This document shows, in pieces, positions 56,897 to 64,000 of a stretch of 64,000 bases of DNA. Each line of letters opens with the position of its first letter. Position 1 is the first letter of the stretch. A program made the position numbers and the translations under genes. The DNA is taken from assembly GCA_963517285.1 (NCBI GenBank), contig CAUQDN010000001.1, positions 108,205 to 172,204 on the forward strand, written 5' to 3'. The notes beneath the pieces are model-generated. The model had not been told where the DNA came from. It saw only the letters and a program-made list of their open reading frames with translations, and made no database searches. The DNA is from an uncultured Candidatus Saccharibacteria bacterium. GTDB lineage: Bacteria > Patescibacteriota > Saccharimonadia > Saccharimonadales > Saccharimonadaceae.

Positions 56897-59800
56897 ATGT
56901 CGCGCGTTGTTCAAACTCAAAACAATGGCATCGCTGACTTTGACGCTATCCGTCTTAGTGTCGCGAGTCCAGAGGATATACTTAAATGGAGCTACGGAGA
57001 AGTTACTAAGCCTGAAACTATTAACTATCGTACCCAAAAACCTGAACGCGATGGTCTTTTCTGTGAACGAATCTTCGGTCCAGTAAAGGACATCAACCCA
57101 CACGACTCAAAGCTCAAGGGAGTTCGCTCTCGTGAAGCAGCTGTCGATAAGAATGGTGACCTCGTTACGAAGTCTATCGTTCGTCGTGAGCGCATGGGTC
57201 ACATTAGCCTTGCTGCACCAGTTGCTCACATCTGGTTCATGCGTGGTACACCGAGCGCAATGTCGTTGCTCCTTGGTATTACCGTTCGTAACCTCGAACG
57301 CATTGCTTACTTTGCTACCTACGTAGTATTGAAGGCTGATGAAGAAACTCGCGACAAGTTCCTCGCTGACCTTGAAGCTGAAACCGAAGCTGGCCGTATG
57401 GCTATCAAGATGCGTTTCGAAAAAGAAGCTGAAGCTGAAACTGCCGACGTAAAGGCGCTTGCGGAAGCTCAAACTCGTGAACTTAACGACCTCGACGAGG
57501 CATACACCCTTAAGAAGTCGCAACTTGAAAGCCTTACTCGTAACTCACTCATGAGTGAAGTTGACTACCGTAACCTTCCAGAGGAATACCAAGACCTCAT
57601 CGAAGTTGGTATGGGTGGCCAAGCACTCAAGGCACTTCTTGATAACATCGACCTTGAAACCCTTATTGCTGAACTTACCGAAGAAGCAGAAGGTGCTAAG
57701 GGTCAACGTGAAAAGAAGATTCTCAAGCGTCTTAAGGTACTTGAAGGTATGCAAGCCGCTGGCATCAAGCCAAGCAGCCTTACGTTGACGGTTCTTCCAG
57801 TGATTCCTCCGGACCTACGTCCAATGGTGCAACTTACTGGTGGTCGTTTCGCAACTTCAGACCTCAACGACCTTTACCGTCGTGTGATTAACCGTAACAA
57901 CCGTCTTAAAAAGCTTATCGAGCTTAACGCTCCTGAAGTAATCCGCCGTAACGAAATGCGTATGCTTCAAGAAGCTGTTGATGCGTTGGTTGACAACTCA
58001 GCTGCTCGCGGTGGCCGTGCTGTAAACGCGACTGGTGGACGCCGCCGTCTTAAGTCGATCTCTGACATGCTTAAGGGTAAGCAAGGTCGTTTCCGTCAAA
58101 ACCTTCTTGGTAAGCGTGTAGACTACTCTGGTCGTTCTGTGATCGTGGTTGGTCCAAAGCTTAAGATCAACGAGTGTGGTCTTCCAAAGCAAATGGCTCT
58201 TGAGCTCTTTAAGCCTTTCGTTATTAGTTGGCTTATCCGTAACGAGTACGCTCACAACATCCGTTCAGCAACTCGTCTTATCGAGGCTGGTGAAGCAGTA
58301 GTATGGGATGCACTTGATGCAGTGATTGAAGGTAAGTACGTTCTCTTGAACCGTGCTCCATCACTTCACCGTCTTTCAATTCAAGCTTTCCAACCTCGCC
58401 TCGTTGAAGGTAAGGCTATCCAACTTCACCCACTCGTAGCAAACGGATTCAACGCCGACTACGACGGTGACCAGATGGCAGTTCACCTTCCACTCTCACG
58501 TCAAGCGCAAGAAGAAGCTCGTACACTCATGAGTGCGACAGCTAACCTTCTTAAGCCAGCCGATGGTGCACCGGTACTTTCAATCGGTCAGGACGTGGTG
58601 CTTGGTAACTACTACCTTACTTACAATAAGCCGAGCGCAGCGAGTGATGTTGTAAAGCCATTTAGCTCAGTTTATGAAGCTGAAATGGCATACGACAACA
58701 AGGTAATTCAACTTCAAACCCCAATCCGTGTATTCGCGAAGGGTGAAGTTCGTAATACAACTCTTGGACGTGTATTCTTCAACGAAATTCTTCCAGAAGA
58801 CTTTCCATTTGACGACAACGTACAAAGCAAGAAGCAACTCAAGAAGGTCTTGAGCCAAATCTTCAACCAGTACGGTGCTGAAATGACTGCACAAACTGCT
58901 GACCGCATGAAGGGTCTCGCATTCCGTTTCGCAACTGTATCAGCTGTATCAACCGGTAAAGATGACTACATTCAATTCGCAGAAACTGACGAATTCATCG
59001 CTGAAGGTGACGCAAAGGTAGCTCTGATTTCTGAACAATATGACCAAGGTCTTATTACAGAAGAGGAGCGCTACAACCTTACCGTTGCTACGTGGCGTGG
59101 TGTGGTTCGTCAAACTACCGAGTTCCTTCAAACTAAGTTGAAGGACATGGATACCAGCGTGTCTGTGATGGTTAACTCTGGAGCTCGTGGTGATATCTCG
59201 AACGTCCAGCTTGCAAGCGCCATGATTGGTATCATGGTTGACGCAACGAACCGTGAGATTGAGCTTCCGATTCGTTCAAGCTACAAGAAGGGTCTTTCAA
59301 GCCTTGAGCAATTCGTGGCTACCCGTGGTTCACGTAAGGGTCTTATCGACACCGCGCTGAAGACTGCCGACTCAGGTTACCTTACTCGTCGTCTCGTAGA
59401 CGTGTCGCAAGACGTGTTTACTGTTGAAGACATGGAAGGTGACGATGATGGATTCACTATCTACCGTAACGAAACTGAATTAACAATGATCGACTTTGGT
59501 AACCGTCTTTATGGACGGTACGCTGCAGAAGACATTGCGGGTCACGTAAAGCGTAACGAGCTTATTACTCGTGAAATCGCCAACGCGATTGAAGCTGATA
59601 ACGAAATCACCGAAGCGAAGATTCAATCAGTTCTTTCAACGAAGAACCTTCGCGGTGTGCCTCGCCGAAGCTACGGTATCGATATGTCTACTAACCAACT
59701 CGTTGCAGACGCTCAGCCAGTAGGTGTGATCGCCGCACAGTCAGTTGGTGAGCCTGGTACGCAGCTTACCCTCCGTACCTTCCACGCATCTGGTGTGGCT

Positions 59801-60751
59801 GAAAGCGACATTACCCAGGGTCTCCCTCGTGTGGAAGAACTCTTCGAAGCACGTTCTCCAAAGGGTCAAGCATACGTTACTGAAGTAACTGGTGTGGTTG
59901 AAGCTTGGGAAGACGGCAAGAAGTACATCGTTCAAGTAACTCCAGAAGCTGGTCATGTTGAACGTATCGCCCTTGAAGGCCGTACTGCAAACGTTAAGAA
60001 CGGCGCTAACGTAAAGGCTGGTGATGTTCTTGCGACTGGTGAGAGCGAAAGCAAGCCAATCGTTTCACCATTTGATGGTGTGGTTGAAATCACCGACGAA
60101 TTCGTTGTACTTGCAGCAAACGCTGGTGCACCTGTTCGTTACGAAGTACCTGGTAACAACCAACTTCTCGTTAAGAGCGGTGACGTTGTTGAAGCAGGTG
60201 ACCGTCTTACCGGTGGATCACTCAACCTTCACGACCTCATGCGCCTTAAAGGTGTTGAAGCAACACAACGTTACATCATTAACGAAGTGCTCCGCATCTA
60301 CGCTGCGCAAGGTCAAGACGTTGCCGACAAGCACCTCGAGATCATCGTTCGCCAAATGTTCAGCCGTGTTCAGGTTGAAGATCCAGGGGATGGTGACTTC
60401 GTAACCGGCGACATCGTATCTCGTGCCGCAGTGGTTGAAGCTAACGACGAGCTTGTGGCTGAAGGTAAAGATCCAATCGCTTACACACAACTGCTCCTTG
60501 GTATTACAAAGGTATCAATCTGGTCTGACAGCTGGCTTTCAGCCGCATCATTCCAAGACACTACCCGCGTTCTTATCAATGCAGCCGTAAGTGGACGCAG
60601 CGACAACCTTCACGGTCTTAAGGAAAATGTGATCATCGGTCGCAAGATTCCTGTCGGTACCGGTGTGCACAGTGCAACTGCGCTCGACACACTCGAAAGC
60701 GATACTGAGATCGAAGTTGAAATCGCTGAAGATACTGACGCGATTGCCTAG
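56897..60751 (+). CDS. rpoC: RNA polymerase beta' subunit
   Basis: KPETINYRT, GKRVDYSGRS, NADYDGDQMAVH, AQSVGEPGTQLT. Confidence 0.99.
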   Translation: MSRVVQTQNNGIADFDAIRLSVASPEDILKWSYGEVTKPETINYRTQKPERDGLFCERIFGPVKDINPHDSKLKGVRSREAAVDKNGDLVTKSIVRRERMGHISLAAPVAHIWFMRGTPSAMSLLLGITVRNLERIAYFATYVVLKADEETRDKFLADLEAETEAGRMAIKMRFEKEAEAETADVKALAEAQTRELNDLDEAYTLKKSQLESLTRNSLMSEVDYRNLPEEYQDLIEVGMGGQALKALLDNIDLETLIAELTEEAEGAKGQREKKILKRLKVLEGMQAAGIKPSSLTLTVLPVIPPDLRPMVQLTGGRFATSDLNDLYRRVINRNNRLKKLIELNAPEVIRRNEMRMLQEAVDALVDNSAARGGRAVNATGGRRRLKSISDMLKGKQGRFRQNLLGKRVDYSGRSVIVVGPKLKINECGLPKQMALELFKPFVISWLIRNEYAHNIRSATRLIEAGEAVVWDALDAVIEGKYVLLNRAPSLHRLSIQAFQPRLVEGKAIQLHPLVANGFNADYDGDQMAVHLPLSRQAQEEARTLMSATANLLKPADGAPVLSIGQDVVLGNYYLTYNKPSAASDVVKPFSSVYEAEMAYDNKVIQLQTPIRVFAKGEVRNTTLGRVFFNEILPEDFPFDDNVQSKKQLKKVLSQIFNQYGAEMTAQTADRMKGLAFRFATVSAVSTGKDDYIQFAETDEFIAEGDAKVALISEQYDQGLITEEERYNLTVATWRGVVRQTTEFLQTKLKDMDTSVSVMVNSGARGDISNVQLASAMIGIMVDATNREIELPIRSSYKKGLSSLEQFVATRGSRKGLIDTALKTADSGYLTRRLVDVSQDVFTVEDMEGDDDGFTIYRNETELTMIDFGNRLYGRYAAEDIAGHVKRNELITREIANAIEADNEITEAKIQSVLSTKNLRGVPRRSYGIDMSTNQLVADAQPVGVIAAQSVGEPGTQLTLRTFHASGVAESDITQGLPRVEELFEARSPKGQAYVTEVTGVVEAWEDGKKYIVQVTPEAGHVERIALEGRTANVKNGANVKAGDVLATGESESKPIVSPFDGVVEITDEFVVLAANAGAPVRYEVPGNNQLLVKSGDVVEAGDRLTGGSLNLHDLMRLKGVEATQRYIINEVLRIYAAQGQDVADKHLEIIVRQMFSRVQVEDPGDGDFVTGDIVSRAAVVEANDELVAEGKDPIAYTQLLLGITKVSIWSDSWLSAASFQDTTRVLINAAVSGRSDNLHGLKENVIIGRKIPVGTGVHSATALDTLESDTEIEVEIAEDTDAIA

Positions 60752-60761
60752 GTAACCTAGC

Positions 60762-60802
60762 GCACATAAAAAGCACCTCATAACGGGGTGCTTTTTATGT
60801 GC
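60762..60802 (+). terminator. Intrinsic terminator after rpoC
   Basis: GCACATAAAAAGCACCTC-ataac-GGGGTGCTTTTTATGTGC. Confidence 0.85.
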
Positions 60803-60846
60803 CTATGCTTGCGATGAAAGGGAGGGGAGGGGTATAGTTTATTGAT

Positions 60847-61479
60847 ATGGAAAATAACGAGCCTCTCTCTTTTGTTAAGCCGTTTGAACCGCAACAAGTT
60901 CAGCTTCTTGAGCATGAGAAAAAGGAGTCCGCAGAGCTATTTGTAATGCTCTTCGATAGCCTCGGTGCGAAATATAAAGCACACACCCGTACGGTTGAAG
61001 ATGATACGCAATTAGGGAAGGTGGCAACCTTTGAGACGCCGCTTGTTATTCCTTTCCCGGATACTTCCTTTGTATATGCACTCATCTATGGTCACAGGGT
61101 TGGAGGTGCCATTACGAATAGAATGATTTCACTGGAAGAATATGACGCAAATCATAAACCAGTAAGAGGGTATACCTATGGGCTCACTGGTGGAGAATTT
61201 ACCCGAACGAGTAATACTGCTGAAGACATTGAAATGCAACGAGGTTATTTTAGCATGATTGATTGGCAAAATGATGCATTAGCACTTGATATGCAAGAAC
61301 ATAGTGAAGATGCCGATGAAAGAGAGCAGGCTGAAGCAATAAAAAGTCGACAAGCGCAAGATGCAATGATCGCTTCCTATGAAGAAGAGCTAGGATATGA
61401 TGGTCAAGTTCCTGATGAGAAGGAAGTATACCAGCTATCAGACCTCCTTTGGGGTGCTATTCCGTTTGTTCAACGATAA
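60847..61479 (+). CDS. Hypothetical acidic protein
   Basis: 210-aa ORF with its own -10 (TATAGT) 8 nt upstream; no recognised motif. Confidence 0.7.
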   Translation: MENNEPLSFVKPFEPQQVQLLEHEKKESAELFVMLFDSLGAKYKAHTRTVEDDTQLGKVATFETPLVIPFPDTSFVYALIYGHRVGGAITNRMISLEEYDANHKPVRGYTYGLTGGEFTRTSNTAEDIEMQRGYFSMIDWQNDALALDMQEHSEDADEREQAEAIKSRQAQDAMIASYEEELGYDGQVPDEKEVYQLSDLLWGAIPFVQR

Positions 61480-61534
61480 CAGCCGTTATCTTTACATTTT
61501 CACCTCTTTCTGCTATAGTTAATCACGAGTTTCC

Positions 61535-61634
61535 ATTCATTCTCATCGTAAGTGTGTACAAGAGCGATGAGCGAGATGAATCCGCTTCATAAGGCGTGCT
61601 GGCCTGTGAAGCAAACACTTAACTAGAAGGTGTT
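61535..61634 (+). promoter_or_regulatory. Candidate structured 5' leader of rpsL
   Basis: Three tandem hairpins downstream of TGcTATAGT (61511-61519). Confidence 0.5.
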
Positions 61635-61668
61635 ATCTAACTAAATTTAAGAGGAAGTTTATTGTTCT

Positions 61669-62082
61669 ATGCCAACAATCAATCAACTCGTGCGTAAGCC
61701 ACGCCAGACTGCGAACAAGAAGTCAAAGTCTCCAGCGCTCGGCCGTATTCACAACGCACTAAAAACTCGTTACTACGACCAAAACGCACCGCTTAAGCGT
61801 GGTGTTTGTGTTAAGGTAACAACTAAGACACCAAAGAAGCCTAACTCAGCGCTTCGTAAGGTTGCTCGTGTTCGTCTTACTAATGGTCACGAAGTATGGG
61901 CTTACATCGGCGGTGAAGGTCACAACCTCCAAGAACACGCCGTCGTGCTTGTTCGTGGTGGTCGTGTGCCAGACCTTCCGGGTGTTCGTTACCACATCGT
62001 TCGTGGTGCTCTCGACCTCCAAGGTGTCGCTAAGCGCGCACAGGGTCGTTCTAAGTACGGTGCAAAGAAGGAGAACAAGTAG
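61669..62082 (+). CDS. rpsL: 30S ribosomal protein S12
   Basis: [38 protein letters not shown]. Confidence 0.98.
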   Translation: MPTINQLVRKPRQTANKKSKSPALGRIHNALKTRYYDQNAPLKRGVCVKVTTKTPKKPNSALRKVARVRLTNGHEVWAYIGGEGHNLQEHAVVLVRGGRVPDLPGVRYHIVRGALDLQGVAKRAQGRSKYGAKKENK

Positions 62083-62084
62083 TC

Positions 62085-62564
62085 ATGCCACGTAAGAAAA
62101 CAGTCAGCCTACAGCGAATTCCTACTCCAGACCGCAAATACCAAAGCGTCATGGTACAGCGTCTTATCAACAAGTCTATGCTCGATGGTAAGAAGCTCGT
62201 TGCTGAGCGTGCAGTTTACACTGCACTTGAAGTAGCAGCTAAGAAGCTTGATAGCGAAAATCCACTTGAAGTGTTTGAAAAGGCACTCAAGAACGTATCT
62301 CCAAACTTCGAAGTTAAATCTCGTCGTGTTGGTGGTGCAAACTACCAAATCCCATTCCCAGTTGCTGGTCACCGCCAGTTGCACTACGCCTTCTCATGGC
62401 TCGTACAAAGCGCGCGTGCTCGTAAGGGAATCCCATACAGCCAACGCCTTGCCCTTGAAATCGTTGATGCATACAACGAAACCGGTGCAGCCTTCAAGAA
62501 GAAGGAAGACACCCACAAGATGGCTGAAGCCAACCGTGCATTCGCACACTTCGCTCGCGGATAA
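62085..62564 (+). CDS. rpsG: 30S ribosomal protein S7
   Basis: EVKSRRVGGANYQ, HKMAEANRAFAH. Confidence 0.98.
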   Translation: MPRKKTVSLQRIPTPDRKYQSVMVQRLINKSMLDGKKLVAERAVYTALEVAAKKLDSENPLEVFEKALKNVSPNFEVKSRRVGGANYQIPFPVAGHRQLHYAFSWLVQSARARKGIPYSQRLALEIVDAYNETGAAFKKKEDTHKMAEANRAFAHFARG

Positions 62565-62582
62565 TATATCCTCGAACATCTC

Positions 62583-62614
62583 AAAAACCACCCGTGATTT
62601 GTCGGGTGGTTTTT
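62583..62614 (+). terminator. Intrinsic terminator after rpsG
   Basis: AAAAACCACCCG-tgatttgt-CGGGTGGTTTTT. Confidence 0.85.
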
Positions 62615-62632
62615 ATTTGGTATGATGAGCTT

Positions 62633-63598
62633 ATGGAGCGGCCGGTATTTAGCGAGCAAGATGATCAGCCAGAGTTGGATGAAAATCATCCAGAACAACT
62701 GTTTGTTGCGGCGAAGGCTATGGAGCGCTGGATGCGCCGACGCGTAAAACGCCACGAACACCCGCAAGCAATGGAAGATATCGTTAATAAACTTGAACGA
62801 TACGTCACTACTGTATTTGAAGGCGAACTTCCCGACATTACCGTACAAGGTCGTGATATTAGATATCCTATTGGGCTTTCGGAGGCTGGACCGGGTGAAT
62901 ATCGTCTACAAACCGGCCCACTTCCTTTAAAAGGGGATGCGGAGCTTTACGGCGAACATGTGATAGAGGGGGTGTTTCATAGTTTTTACCGTGGTGATAG
63001 AAATGACCTTCGACTTTACATGGAGTATCCAGAAGAGCCGGTTATGACACCTGGCGGTATAATTACACCCCTTTATTCAATTGGTATGGCCACCTCAGAC
63101 GTAGCACTAACCTCTCTTAAGAAGGCAGAGGCGTTAAAAGGCCCGCAATCCTATATACAGGATCGCCTTGTTGAATATGATGAGCAAACCCTAAAAGATA
63201 TTACGCGATTATTCAATCTGCTTAATGAAAATAAAAAAGCCATCAAAATGAAGCTTATTGAAAGTTCAGTGATAATTACAGCTATCGAAAAGCGAGCGGA
63301 GCCGACCCCTCAGTTTGTAGATGCGCTTATTGAGGTCGTTTGCCTGAAGCTTGATATTACTGCCCCGCAAGACTTTCACGTTCGCCAGCAGCGAGTGCTT
63401 TACACTGATCACCAGACGACAGCCTATAAGGTTGAAGGTGAGGCATCGCATATGCATACCAGCACCCATCTTGAATTAATCGGTGGTTTTGACGATCGAA
63501 TGCTCGGGCTTCACTTTATTGATAAAGAACAACGAACCATTCAAGTTCCGGTGCGAGATATTATATATATGCAAAAATCCAAACCGAAACTGCTTTGA
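62633..63598 (+). CDS. Hypothetical protein
   Basis: Long ORF; ATG 62633 lies 6 nt after TGgTATGAT. Confidence 0.7.
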   Translation: MERPVFSEQDDQPELDENHPEQLFVAAKAMERWMRRRVKRHEHPQAMEDIVNKLERYVTTVFEGELPDITVQGRDIRYPIGLSEAGPGEYRLQTGPLPLKGDAELYGEHVIEGVFHSFYRGDRNDLRLYMEYPEEPVMTPGGIITPLYSIGMATSDVALTSLKKAEALKGPQSYIQDRLVEYDEQTLKDITRLFNLLNENKKAIKMKLIESSVIITAIEKRAEPTPQFVDALIEVVCLKLDITAPQDFHVRQQRVLYTDHQTTAYKVEGEASHMHTSTHLELIGGFDDRMLGLHFIDKEQRTIQVPVRDIIYMQKSKPKLL

Positions 63599-63631
63599 AT
63601 TAGCATGCGCCAGTAGTACTATAGTCCGTAT

Positions 63632-64000
63632 ATGGATAACATGGACCTCGAACTGGCAAACTTGCTGCGTACTGAAAAACATAAAGTGCCTTTTTATTGT
63701 GAATCTATCGAACCTGAACGTCGGCAGGTAGTAGGGGCGTTTTATGACCATCTTACGACGCTTCGTTCGATGGAGGGTGATCTGACCTTTGAAGGTTTCA
63801 TGCAGGCCGAGACGGTGCTTACTGATGAAGAGGCGAACGAGTCTCAAGAGGAAGAAGAGGCACGTCTAAATGAACTTATCCAAACTGACCTCGAGAGGTA
63901 TCCATTACTAGGTGAAGGTGAAATGAAAGTGTCTGGTGAAGGTGCTTACATGATGGACACGGAGGAAAAAGCGTTCGTTGGTGTGCTGGACTTAGGTGAG
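63632..64000 (+). CDS. Hypothetical acidic protein, runs off the right edge; not in ORF track
   Basis: Manual translation MDNMDLELANLLRTEK...LNELIQTDLERYPLLGEGEMKVSGEGAY... is open to the end; TATAGT 6 nt before ATG. Confidence 0.7.
   Translation, partial: MDNMDLELANLLRTEKHKVPFYCESIEPERRQVVGAFYDHLTTLRSMEGDLTFEGFMQAETVLTDEEANESQEEEEARLNELIQTDLERYPLLGEGEMKVSGEGAYMMDTEEKAFVGVLDLGE

Noticed and set aside
53754..60781. Many antisense and alternate-frame ORFs within rpoB/rpoC and other core genes
   Set aside because: Expected shadows of biased codon usage; no motifs or independent expression signals.

Overview
Core-genome window of a small, host-dependent bacterium. Gene content, gene order and protein signatures fit Patescibacteria/CPR, most likely Saccharibacteria (TM7); this taxonomy is inferred, not verified. 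It contains a sugar-phosphate operon (gap-rpiB-rpe-split tkt-fba-pfkB-LOG fusion), uvrB, gatCAB, dnaE, a PilB/GspE ATPase, ddl, rplS, an rnhB-yraN fusion, pepN, nusA, clpC-radA-PIN/TRAM, a class A PBP, recG, rsmD, two tRNA-Leu genes, two large pilin-like adhesins, hisS, tig, clpP, rpoBC and rpsL-rpsG. Two edge genes are absent from the ORF track: a phospholipase D-family gene at <1..868 and an acidic ORF at 63632..>64000. The standout is a cassette of about 0.5 kb between clpP and rpoB. An AT-rich native-style sigma70 promoter drives a 108-codon membrane-protein gene with 94/108 G/C-ending codons and a strong Shine-Dalgarno, followed by a long hairpin and a complete type III hammerhead ribozyme (53253-53303). 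One hypothesis is a self-processing mRNA tuned for a high-GC host's ribosomes. Other notable signals: many apparently leaderless genes, perfect CIRCE operators at clpC and clpP, an RpoC missing both zinc-binding Cys sets and carrying NADYDGD, a membrane-anchored HEPN-like gene inside gatCAB, and structured leaders before rplS, nusA, rpoB and rpsL. No CRISPR array, transposase, integrase or rRNA gene was seen.
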